Shown here: piece after piece, positions 52,031 through 63,701 of the stretch
Position numbering within the stretch: the first letter of the stretch is position 1
Layout: every line of letters begins with the position of its first letter
From: Lama guanicoe
Lineage: Eukaryota
Length of the DNA: 64,000 nt
Direction of reading: 5' to 3'
Assembly (NCBI GenBank): GCA_013239625.1
Contig: MU053881.1
Coordinates: 2,728,001-2,792,000 of the forward strand
Made by a program: the position numbers and the translations under genes
Notes under the pieces: generated by a model
Database searches by the model: none
Told to the model about the DNA's origin: nothing
Seen by the model: only the letters and a program-made list of their open reading frames with translations

Positions 52031-55000
52031 TGTACACCATGACCTCTTTATCCAGTCATCTGTTGATGGACATTTAGGTTATTTCCATGTCTTGGCTATT
52101 GTAAATAGTGCTGCTGTAAACATTGGGGTGCATGTTTCTTTTCAAATTACATTTTTCTCTGGATATATGCCCAGGAGTGAGATTGCTGGATCATATGATA
52201 AGTTTATTTTTAATTTTGTAAGGAATTATACTGTTTTATACTGTCCTCCATAGTGGCTGCACCAATTTACATTCCCACCAACAATGTGGGAGGGTTCCCC
52301 TTTCTCTACAGCCTCTCCAGCATTTGTCATTTGTGGACTTTTGAATGATGGCCATTCTGACTGGTGTGAGGTGATACCTCATAATTGCTGGATCATATGA
52401 TAAGTTTATTTTTAATTTTGTAAGGAATTATACTGTTTTATACTGTCCTCCATAGTGGCTGCACCAATTTACATTCCCACCAACAATGTGGGAGGGTTCC
52501 CCTTTCTCTACATCCTCTCCAGCAATTATTGTTTGTTGACTTTTTGATGATGGCCATTCTGACTGGTGTGAGGTGATACCTCATGGTAGTTTTGATTTGT
52601 ACTTCTCTAACAGTTAGCAATGTTGAGCATCTTTTCATGTGCCTTTTGGCCATCTGGATGTCTTCTTTGGCAAGCTGTCTATTTAGATCTTCTGCCCATT
52701 TTTTGATTGGGTTGCTTGTTTTTTTTTTATATTAAGCTGGATGAGCTGTTTGTATATTTTGGAAATTAGTCCTTTGTCAGTCAAATCATTTGCAAATATT
52801 TTCTCCCATTCTGTAGGTTGTCTTTTCATTTTGTTGATGGCATCCTTAGCTGTGCAAAAGTTTTTAAGTTTAATTAGGTCCCATTTGTTTGTTTTTGCTT
52901 TTATTTGCATTACTCTAGGAGCTGGTTTGAAAAAAATATTTCTGGGATTTATGGCAGAGTGTTATGCCTATGTTTTCATTTAGGAGCTTTATAGTATCTG
53001 GTCTTAAATTTAGGTCTTTAATCCATTTTTGAGTTTATTTTTATATATAGTGTTAGACTGAAATTGTCTTTTAAAGGTAGCTGTCCAGTTTTCCCAGCAC
53101 CACTTATTGAAGAGACTGTCTTTTCTTCATTGTATATTCTTGCCTCCTTTGTCATAGATTAATTGACCATAGTGTAGATTAATTGACCATAGTGTGTCGG
53201 TTTATTCCTGGACTTTATCCTGTTCCATTGACCTCTGTGTCTGTTTTTGTGCCAGTACCATACTTTTTTTTTTTAAATTGGAGTATAATCAGTTACAATG
53301 TGTCAGTTTCTAATGTACACTATAATGTCCCAGTCATGCATATATATACATACATTTGTTTTCATGTTCTTTTTCATTAAATGTTATTACAAGATACTGG
53401 ATGTAGTTCCCTGTACTATACTGAAGAAATTTATCGATTTTTATATATAGTGTTTAACCTTTGCAAATCTCAAACTCCCACATTTATCACTTCCCACCCA
53501 TTTGCCCCAGTAACCATAAAATTGTTTACTATGTCTGCAAGTCTGTTTCTGTCATACAGTTTTGATTACTGTAGCTTTGTAGTATAGTCTGAAGTCAGGG
53601 AGCGTGATTACCCCAGCTCCATTCTCCTCTTTCTTTGTTTTGGCTATTCGGGGTCTTTTGTATTTCCACACAAATTTTAATACTTTTTGTTCCAGCTCTG
53701 TGGAAAACGTCATTGGTAATTTGATAGGGATTGCATTGAATCTGTATATTTCCTTGGGTAGTATGGCCATTTTAACAATATTGATTCCTCCAATCCAAGA
53801 ACATGGTATGTCTTTCAACTTATTTATGTTTTCAATTTCTTTCATCAGTGTCTTATAGTTTTCGGAGTACAGGTCCTTTGCCTCCTTGGGGAGGCTTATT
53901 CTTAAGTATTTTATCTTTTTTGGTATGATGGTAAGTGGGATTGTTTCCTTAATTTCTTTTTCTGCTATTTTGTTGTTAGTACATAGAAATGCAACTGGTT
54001 TTTGTATATTAATTTTGTATCCTACAACTTTACCAAATTCATTGATGAGCTCTAGTAGTTTTCTAGTAGCTTCTTTAGGGTTTTCTATGTACAGTATCAT
54101 GTTATCAGCAAACAGTGACAGTTTTACTTCTTTTTTCCAATTTGGATTCCATTTCTTTCTTTTTTTCCCCCTCTGATTGTTATAGCTAGGGCTTCCTAAA
54201 CCATGTTGAATATAAGTGGCAAGAGTGGGCATCTCTGTCTTGCTCCTGATCTTAGGGGAAATACTTTCAGCTTTTCACCACTGAGTATGATGTTAGCTGT
54301 GGGTCTGTCATATATGGCCTTTATTATTTTGAGGTATGTTCCCTCTGTGCCTACTTTCTGGGGGCTTTAACATAAATGGATGTTGAATTTTATCAAAAGC
54401 TTTTTCTGCATCTGTTGAGATGATCATACGGTTTTTATTCTTCAGTTTGTTAATGTGTGGTATCACATTGATTGATTTGCAGGTTTTGAAAAATCCTGGC
54501 ATCCCTGGCGTAAATCCCACTTGATCATGGTGTGTGAGCCTTTTAATGCATTGTTGGAGTTGATTTGCTAGTATTTTGTTGTGGATTTTAACATCTAGAT
54601 TCATAAGTGATATTGGTTTATAATTTTCTTTTTTTGTGATATATTTGTCTGGTTTTGGTAGCAGGGTGATGGTGGCCTCAAGGAGTGAGTTTGGAAATGT
54701 TCCTTCCTCTGCAATTTTTTGAAATGGTTTCAGAAGGATAGGTGTTAACTCTTCTCTAAATGTTTGGTAGAATTCCTCAGTGAAGCCATCAGGTCCTGGA
54801 CTTTGGTTTACTGGGAGTTTTTAAATTACTGACTCTATTTCAGTACTGGTAATTGGTCTATTCATATTTCCCATTTCTTCCTGATTCAGTCTTGGCAAAT
54901 TGTACCTTTCTAAGAAGGTACATTTCTTCTCCATTGCCTTTTTTGTTGGCATGTAGTTGCTAATAGTAGCTTCTTATGATCCCTTGTATTTCTATGGTGT

Positions 55001-56751
55001 TGGTTCTAACATCTTTTTCATTTTTGATTTTTATTAATTTGGGCCCTCTCCCTTTTTTTCTTGATGAATCTACTAAAGGTTTATCAATTTTGTTTTTATC
55101 TTTTAAGAGAACCAGCTTTTAGCTTCATTGATCTTTCCTATTTTTTTTTAAAGTCTCTCATTTATTTCTGCTTTAATCTTATGATTTCTTCCCTTCTACT
55201 CACTTTGGGTTTTATTTGTTCTTCTTTCTCTAGTTGCTTTAGGTGTAAGTTTAGGTTGTTTATTTGATATCTTTCTTGTTTCCCGAGTTAAGCTTGTATC
55301 ACTATAAACTTCCCTCTTAAAGAACTGCTTTTGCTGCATCCCACAGGTTTTAGATTGTTGTGTTTCATTTTGATTTATATTCTTTGATTTCCTCAAAGAT
55401 CCATTTAGTAGTATATTTTAGCTTAGGAGTATATTGTTTAGCCTCCACATGTTTGCAGTTTTTGTAGTTTTTTCTTGTAGTTGATTTCTAACCTCATAGC
55501 ATTGTGGTTAGAAAAGATGCTTGATATGACTTCAGTTTTCTTATATTCACTGAGGCTTGCTTTGTGGGTCAGCATGTGGTCGATTCTGGAGACTGTGCAC
55601 TTGAGAAGTATGGTTTCTGCTGCTTTCAGATGGAATGCTCTAATAATACTAATTAAGTCCATTTGGTTTAATGTGTCATTTAAGACCTCTATTTCCTTAT
55701 TGATTTTCTGTTTGGATAATCTGTCCATTGATGTAAATGGGGTGTTAATGTCCCCCACTATTATTGTGTTATTGTGAATTTCTCCTTTTATGTCTGCTAA
55801 CAGTTGCCTTATATATTGAGGTGCTCCTATGTCGGGTGCATATATATTTACAATTGTTATATCTTCTTGGATTGATCCCTTGAGGATTATGTAGTGTCAT
55901 TTGTCTCTTGTAACAGTCTTTATTTTAAAATCTATTTTGTCTGATATAAGTACTGTTACTCCAGCTTTCTTTTGGTTTCCGTTTGCATGGAATGTCTTTC
56001 TCTGTCCCCTCACTTTCAGCCTGTATGTGTCTCTAGCTCTGAAGTGGGTTTCTTGTACACAGTATATATATGGGTCTTGTTTTTGTATCCATTCAGCCAG
56101 TCTGTGTCTTTTGGTTGGAGCGTTTAACCCATTTACATTTAATACATTATTGATATGTATGTTCTCATTGCCATTTTGTTAATTGTTTTCGATTTGTTTT
56201 CTGGTCTCTGTTTTCTCTTCTTTTTGTTCTCTTCTATTGCTGTTTAATGATTGTAGAGTTACATTGGTTTGCAGTTATGTCTGAGGTTTTGGTATAGAAG
56301 TCTATATATATATACATAATTGTTTTAAGTTGCTGATCTCTTAATTTCAAATGCATTTTAGATGCCCTGCGTTTGTACCCTTTTCCCCTCACGATTACTT
56401 TTCTTGTTTCTAGTTATGGCCTTTTCTTTTTTTACCTAGAGAATCTCCTTTGACATTTGTTATAAAGCTGGTTTGGTGGTGCTGAATTCTTTTAGCTTTT
56501 GCTCATCTATGAAGCTTTGATTTCTCCATCAAATCTCAACGAGAGCCTTGCTTTGCATCTTACAAAACTGAAGCTCTAGAGTATTCTTGGTTGTAGGTTT
56601 TTCCTTTTTATCAGTCAACCAGGTCAAAGATAATCTTGACTATAAACAGTTTTAGCACCTGATCCTGGATAAGATTCGACTACTTCGTTTCTGTGAGGTA
56701 GCTATTTTTCTGCCTTCATAGATGTGGAATCGGGGAGTGTTTGCCTAGCTT

Positions 56752-56865
56752 CTTTTTTTTTTTTTTTTCAAAAAATTTTTAAAATAGAGGTGGGGGGATT
56801 GAACCCAGGACCACATGCATGCTAAGCATGCACTCTACCACAAGCTATACAAACCCCTACCCCCG
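56752..56865 (-). mobile_element. Vic-1-like SINE
   Basis: gggattgaacccaggaccacatgcatgctaagcatgcactctacca with a poly-T tail. Confidence 0.85.
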
Positions 56866-57369
56866 CTATTTTAGAAGTAAGGCCATTATTGGCTCCATTG
56901 CTTGGGTTTTCCCCTCACACGGAGCAGAGAGCTGCCTCAGGCCCTAGTTCTCATTTATTCAGACCTTTCCATTTTCATGCACTGCTGTTAACACCTGAAG
57001 ATTTTCTCAGAGAGTCTTAGAGCTGGAAGGGAGCCCTGCTCTGTGGACAGACAGTGTGTTGTCACCTCCGTCCCCAGGAGCTGGCACTAAGAGATTATTG
57101 GTTTGGTGCCTTCCTTTTACCCATCTGCGGCCCAAAGAGAGACGACTTGCCTTTTAGGTAGCTGCCATCTGATAGATGCTTGTGCCTTAGGCAGAGCCCG
57201 GGACCTGAGGGGCCAAAGGGGAAGGTTGTAGCACTGAGTTTGGAGATGGAGAGGCAAAGCTCATCAGATGGCTGGTGTAGCAACTCTTGTGGCTTGGGCC
57301 TGACTGAGCAGCTCAGATTATGTGGGAAGCAGGGCCTCATTCCCTGTCTCCTGGTTTCTCTCAACCCAG

Positions 57370-57476
57370 ACCTAGAGGCCGAAGCCAGCCTTCCAGAGAA
57401 GAAAGGAAATACGCTATCCCGGGACCTCATTGACTATGTTCGCTACATGGTGGAGAACCACGGGGAGGACTATAAG
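57370..57476 (+). CDS. NOP16: Nucleolar protein 16, exon 4
   Basis: (D)LEAEASLPEKKGNTLSRDLIDYVRYMVENHGEDYK; donor AAG|GTGAGC. Confidence 0.96.
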
Positions 57477-57729
57477 GTGAGCGGCTCAGGCCTGGCAGCA
57501 GGAACCGCTTGGGCCCGTGGGGAAGGGACCCTGGACCATCCGGGGTCCGATCTGCCTGCCTCCTGCCTGTTTCCTGAGACTGAGTGGAAACAAAGGGAGG
57601 AAAGAGACTCTGGGAAGTGAATTCCATTGACAGAATGATCATAGCTGGATAGACTGAGGGCCTGTGGGTCATATCCCACTCCTAGATACATTGTTTTGCT
57701 TGCATGGTATTTTTAATGAACTTGAACTA

Positions 57730-57844
57730 CAGTTGACCCCTGAACAATTTGGGAGTTAATATGCGTATAATTTATAGCTGGCCCTCTGGGTCTCTGGTTC
57801 CTCGCATCTGGGAATTCGGCCACCCGTGGACCATGTAGTGCTAT

Positions 57845-57886
<42 letters not shown>

Positions 57887-57958
57887 TAGTGTTACAGTAT
57901 TTACTATTGAAAAGTATCTGTGTATGAGTTCAAATCCGTGTTGTTCAAGAGTCAACTG
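57730..57958. mobile_element. Tigger2-family MITE containing a (TTA)n microsatellite
   Basis: TIRs CAGTTGACCCCTGAACAA / TTGTTCAAGAGTCAACTG with TA on both sides. Confidence 0.88.
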
Positions 57959-58313
57959 TAGTTGCCATTTTTATTATGGGAGGTTTCAAATAAAGGTCCT
58001 TATTTTTGGCTTCTCTTAAAAACTGAAAGTTCTAAAAAACAAAACAAAACAAAACAAACCCTGAAAGTTCTGGCTACACTGGACCCCTGTGCCCAGGTGG
58101 GATCAGCTGGCTATGGATGGAGAATGAGCTGCTCTGCTGGCCCAGTTCCTGCCTAGTCGCTGAGGGCATCCATCCCCACGTCCCCACTTACACTATGGCT
58201 TTTGAGGTGAGGAATCTGATCGTCAGGAGCGGGAGGTGACTTGCCCAGCGCAGGGCTAGGCTTTGAACCTCTGCCGGTCCAGCCCTCCTCAAGCGGCCCT
58301 TCTCCCTTCTTAG

Positions 58314-58457
58314 GCGATGGCCCGGGATGAGAAGAATTACTATCAAGATACCCCGAAACAGATTCGGAGTAAGATCAGCGTCTATAAGCGTTTTTACCCA
58401 ACAGAGTGGCAAGCCTTCGTCGATTCTTTGCAAAAGAATAAGATGGAGGTTGAGTGA
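58314..58457 (+). CDS. NOP16: Nucleolar protein 16, exon 5 (total 537 nt = 178 aa)
   Basis: AMARDEKNYYQDTPKQIRSKISVYKRFYPTEWQAFVDSLQKNKMEVE*. Confidence 0.96.
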   Translation, partial: AMARDEKNYYQDTPKQIRSKISVYKRFYPTEWQAFVDSLQKNKMEVE

Positions 58458-58744
58458 CTGGTTTACGTCTGCCCCAGGCTGAGGCCTCCTCCTGGACCAG
58501 AGAAGCTGGAGCCAGGGTCTAAGACAAGAAGGGGCATGCTGCCAGAGACGCGGCTGGCCAGAGCCCTGGAATCAAAAGGTTACACGCACACGCACATGCA
58601 CACGCACACCCACTCTCACACTTCCCTCTCTGGGGAAGACACTGTCTCCCAGAGGCTCCAGTTTAGAGTCTTCTGGGAGCTCCGGGAAAAGTCGGAACCT
58701 GCTGTTTTCAGAGCAGATGATGTGTTTGAATATAGACTGTGTAC

Positions 58745-58750
58745 AATAAA
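58745..58750 (+). terminator. NOP16 polyadenylation signal
   Basis: AATAAA preceded by TGTA and followed by GT/T-rich sequence. Confidence 0.8.
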
Positions 58751-59519
58751 ATACAGTATTTTACTTCCCTGATGGTTTTGTGTTTGCTGTTCCCTGCCAC
58801 GCCCCGGGGCTGCCCCTGCAAAAACCTACTCAACCAGGGCAGAGGGGCCACCAGCCCTTTCTGCTCCACATTCATGGGCTCTCCCAGGCGCAGCCTCCCT
58901 CCTCTTCTGCCCTGTTCTGGTTCTCCTGCTCTCTGCCTTGGTTTCCTGCACACACAGTTCCATTAACGCTGCTACGGAAGCCTGCAGGGAACCCGGGGCT
59001 GCCTGGAAGGGGCCTGCGTGGCCAGTGCTAGCCCTACCCCACTCCTTGACCCTGGTCTCAGGCCAGCTGTGGCTCATGTGCCAGAGGATCAGGAGGTACA
59101 CAGCTGCCTCCTGGTCTGCCTTCTCCCCTGCTTGTCTCTCCTGATGGGAACCTGAGCCCCCAAATCTGCTGAGACTGCTCGGTGGACTGCTGAGTACCAC
59201 TCTGCTGTGTGCCAGGCACTGGGCTGCACACTGCACGGTCATTCCCTGGGGCCAGGCCTGCCCGATTTGGTTGCCAGGACCACAGGCAACATGTGAGGTG
59301 GGCACTTTATATCTTCAGTTATTAATAATACAAAAACCCTCTCGTTCCTAAGGTTTCTCTTTAAATCTGTCTCCCCTCACTGCTCTTGAAAAGGGCTTAA
59401 TGTTCTCACACAGAACGTTTCACATAAAGCCCTGTTAGGTGGTGTGGGTTTATCCTCATCTTACGAGTAAGGAAACAGGATTGAGAGGCGTCAGTGTGGG
59501 GTTGGTCTGATGACGAAGC

Positions 59520-61017
59520 CTAGACTTTCACTTGCCGACCTTCTCTTCGGCCCCTGAAGGCAGCCCATCCATCCCACACCATTAAGGCAGGCTGGAAACT
59601 GGACAGAAACCCCGTCGGACCCAGTGCTGGGCGCCGGCAGTGACTGGCCACCGTGCGCACGGTTAGCGCAGCCTTTAGGATGGCGTCTGCAGCAGACCTC
59701 CCGAGGGCCTTCAGGATTTGGCCTCCTAACTTCTGTCCCTCACAGCATTCCAGATTCAGGCCTTTGACTAGGCTGGGCCCTTCCCTTGTTTTCTCACCCA
59801 GCTCAGGTGCCAACTTGAGGAAGCCTTCCGCTGCCCCAGGCTGTGGGAGTGTCCCGGAGTCCTCATGCCCGACTTCCTGTAGCAACCTCTCTCAGTCCTG
59901 CCCGCTGCTAGTCGGCTTGACAACCCCTACCAGACTGGGCTCGAGTGCCAGGACCTCGTCTGGGAATCCGAGAGCCCAGCGCCCAAGCAGGTGCTTGTGG
60001 GGGTGCTCGCAGGACGGCACGGCCTCCATCCGGACCTCTGGCGTGGAGGCAGGCAGACGTCCTGCTCCCGTTTCCACGGCCAGCCCTGGAACGCCTCCCC
60101 AGGAAGGGTCTGGGTACCTCCCTCAAAGTACTGGGCTGGACCAACGCTGACGTTCTTGCCACCCGACTCCCACAGGGACTGAAGGGACAGGGAACTAGGA
60201 CTTGGTGTTTGGCAACCTGTGTCGCAGTCAGTGTCCCAGCTGCCCGTCACTGGGACTGTGAGCACCCAGCACATGTTCCTCGAGGTCAGAATTCAAAGGA
60301 CACCACATCCAGATTTTTGGCATTTATTGTACACCTCAAACAGCCACCGACACTCCATGTTACGCATCTTGTGGGTCTGGGGTCACAAGGCCTGGGCTGG
60401 GGCAGCCAGGCTGCTTCTTCCAGATCTTTGATGGGACTCTTCCTCTCGTCCCTTAACGGGTGCATCTCCTAGAGGCAGCAGGGGAAGCTGGAGGTTCCCC
60501 TTTCACAGCTACTAGACAGGACTCTGAGGACATGCGAGCAGACGGCCCGGACTGCCCCAGTCTAAGATCTGGGTCAGCTGCGCGAGGACTGACAGCACAG
60601 GTTTTAGCAGCTGGATGAACTGCTGGCGGTAGCTACTGAATGTCCTCCAAAGGCAAGTGGAAACATTTGTTGGAGAATCTGAGTTTTCACTCAGGCAGAC
60701 AGGCTAGTTGTGAGATTTTTCGTCAGCATTTCTCTGCGGAGGGTCGGGAGGCCGTGATGGACCAACTTCACCTCCTCCCCAGTGCTTATAGCTGGATGCC
60801 CCCGCGTCAGCGCAAGCTTCCAACGGGCAGGTCTGGGCACCAGCAGGTGCCACAGGAGGCTTCTTGGGACAGGCAGCCAGTCCATGGTGGTGGTCCCAGC
60901 AGCCTCAGGCGCTCTCTTGCCCAGACGATCCGTATGTCCAAGCTCTGGGCCAAGCTGGCCTCTGCTCAAAGGGATGGCAACAGGTCAGAGAAGAGAAGCT
61001 CAGAAGCCATGGTTTCA
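59520..61017 (-). pseudogene. Candidate decayed tandem-CARD (death-fold) gene
   Basis: Acceptor (pyrimidine tract + CAG at 61020-61018), then ACCATGG (ATG 61010); three CARD-like segments with in-frame stops (60968, 60471, 59894) and frameshifts. By-eye similarity only. Confidence 0.55.
60323..60328 (-). terminator. Possible ARL10 polyadenylation signal
   Basis: AATAAA on the minus strand preceded by TGTA and followed by TGTGGTGTCCTTT; ~3.4 kb downstream of the ARL10 stop. Confidence 0.4.
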
Positions 61018-63701
61018 CTGAAAGAAGTCTTAAAAACAGAAGATCCCAGTGCCAGGGTGAGTGATCCAGGCACGGGTTCAACTGGCAAGAAGCAAAAGCT
61101 TCCTTCTCGTGTGAGGTGGACACTGGGTGGTCAGCGCCCACCCACTCTCGGAGAGTCTTCATTCGAATATGAGAGCTGCCTACTGTTTACTCCCTACTCC
61201 CAGGCTTAGGCGGGTGGGTAGCTGTAGAGGCAGGGCAGTGGGGAGGAACACAGGAATTCCACTTTGAGATGAACAGCTGCACGTAACGACTGGTTCCCAA
61301 AAGCATTTATCTGGGCTCCTGAACCAAAGTCATGTTCAGGAACAAGTAGGGAAGAGGATGACAAGGCCAGGCAGTTTGGTGTTCTTAAGAAAGGCCATTC
61401 CCCCACTTGGCTGCATCTGGTCCTGGTGGAAGCTGGAGCAGATGAGTACTGGTTGGCACCTGGCCTGGAGGATGGGCCAGCAGCTCCACCAGAGGGGCGC
61501 CGCCGTCAGCCACAAACATGGTGAGGCACACCCCCGGGCCAGCAGAGCGTCTGTGCTCTGTCCAAGTACCAGAGAGGTGGCACCCCGTACCTTCAGTGCC
61601 CCTCAGCGGTGTGTGTCTTCTGGTGTGCCACTGGGACCTGCTGGTTCTGGTAGTGGTCTCAAAAAGCCGCTCAAGTAGATATAGTTAAACTCTATACTCA
61701 AGTTCACGTTCCCACAGTGGGGACTTTAAACTCTGTACTGCATAATGATACTCATTAGACCAAAGGCAGATCTTAGTAGAAAAAGGAGTCCCCCCGACAA
61801 TGCTGGCTCCAGACACCACTTTCAAATGCTAGAGGACAAGGCGGAGTTCATAGAACAGAGAAGTAAGGTTTCTCAACCTTCCAAGGACAAAATGAAACGT
61901 CAGCGAAGTTTCAAAGGCTACTCTAAAACCCATGGCATTCCTGAAATATGAAATCACTTCTTAATGCAGAAATTTAATCAGAATTTCAAACAATCGGATT
62001 CTATTCTGAGACACCCACAGCCCAAGAGCTTCCAACGATCGCGCTCACTTCTGGACTCCGGGAGCCTCCTGCCCCGCCTCCCTGCCCTGCCCCTCTGGCA
62101 CGGCCACGGCGTGGAACTGAAGCACTCTGAGTAAATGTCAAATGAAACAAAGGCACATAATCTCTATTCTCAATTAAAAAGCAAACCGAGTTGGGTTTCT
62201 CCCCTAAAAAAAGGTCCATTTGTGGCTGTTGACTATTCAGTGGCCCAATAGACAAAAGGCTCCTTCTTCTGCCTGCACCAAAGAGAAGTGTCAGTACAGA
62301 GACAGTCCTTGCGCTGGCTGATCACTGGGAACAGGAGAATCACAGAAAGTGTACTGGAGAGGACACTAGAAATCCTGTCCAGCTTTGCCTCAGCCAGGGA
62401 GTCAGCAGGTCCAGAAAGGCGGATGGACCACAGGCTACCTAGCAGGTTGGTCTGCTAATTCTCATTACTTTTTATGTGGATGTCCACGATAAAACTGCCT
62501 GAGTCACTTGTTACCTATGCAGGAAGGGTCTGTATCCCTTGGATGTACTGGTGGAGTTTAAGTTCACGTGGATCATCGTGACGTATTATGCTGTCAGTTA
62601 CAGCCACAGAGGGTGGGGGCAGCTGGAGCCCTGTCTCCACTGACGCACGTGGCTTACCACACCGTCATTCATGGTTCCAGTGGTCTTCCTTGAAGCTCCC
62701 GGTTCTCCATGACAGTCATCCGGGGTTTTGATAACAGCACCTAGAAACAGAGCCTAAAACTCTGGCCTGTTCCTTTCATAAATAAATAAATAACTAAAAC
62801 GCAGTTCGGAGGCCACCGCTGACAGTCTTCTTCCCAGGGACACACGCGGCTCCTTCCTTCCCCAGACGTTATGTAAACATGGGCACTGGCACAGTCAGTG
62901 TAAGAGCAGCAGCCTCTGTCTCCAGATTAGGTGCAGGGGGTGGGGTGGGAAGGGGGGTGGGGCTTTCAGTTTTTCCAACGAGGGCGTGAACACCACTTAC
63001 TCCGCAGTCAAGAGAGGCTGGCAGTCCAGGCCTCAACCTTAGGGAGGCAGGGAGGCTTCGGAAAGCTCCTTGCTGGGACCGCGAGGATCATTCTCATGCT
63101 TCCTATGTTCGTGGCTGGGAAGTGCATCTCCAAGTTAGAAAAAACCATACAAATCACCTCCCTTTAAAAAGGGTGGCCCTGGGGCCAGAGGCAGAGATTG
63201 CACAAGGCCACACGAGCCAGCTGGGGCTGGAGGACAGTGCAGGACTTGGGGCGAGAGCTCAGGGCGTGCTGCCCAGAATCTGTCTGCACGAGAGGGGTGT
63301 GAAGCCACCAGGAGGGAACGGTCTAGACTGGGCGTCCTTGGCACACCTACGCTGGTCCTCAACCACCAGGACCCGCATGGTGGGGAGAAAACAGCACACT
63401 GAGCAGCTCACTGAACAGGCCAGAGGAGGAGGCTGCCTTCCCTGGTGAAAGCGGGATCCACACCCGGCCGAGAATGAGCAAGACACTGTCCTCTCCCACA
63501 CTCTGCCTCCCTGTTTCTGCCTCACCAGGAAGGCTTCTGTGTGGTTCCCGGCCCTGCCCAGGTCCTGCTCTCGAGAGGGCAAGGAGGGGAGAAGGGAAGT
63601 GCCGCCACGTGGCCCCTGCCCCAGGCCCCGCTGGGGATGCAGAAGCAGGAGGAGCAGCACTGGGGTCCCCAGGGCTGACCGGCGACCAGGCAGGCGCTGC
63701 C

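Larger units (their letters stand above)
51570..56610 (-). mobile_element. ~5 kb 5'-truncated, decayed L1 antisense in NOP16 intron 3
   Basis: ORF2 endonuclease and RT remnants in the ORF track ([33 protein letters not shown]), many frameshifts; nested SINE and L1 tail (53263-53552). Confidence 0.93.

Noticed and set aside
53552..54232. 226-aa reverse-transcriptase-like ORF as a functional gene
   Set aside because: Fragment of decayed L1 ORF2; the catalytic FADD is mutated to FADN and neighbouring segments are frameshifted
57713..57955. Poly-Asn ORF
   Set aside because: Translation of a (TTA)n microsatellite inside a Tigger MITE
59653..61209. Plus-strand ORFs of 165, 175 and 189 aa as novel genes
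   Set aside because: No recognisable domain or exon structure, Ser/Pro/Arg-rich; better explained as antisense shadows of the minus-strand CARD-like relic
61486..61502. CTCF-like CCACCAGAGGGGCGC
   Set aside because: An extra G disrupts the core spacing; too weak to call without ChIP data
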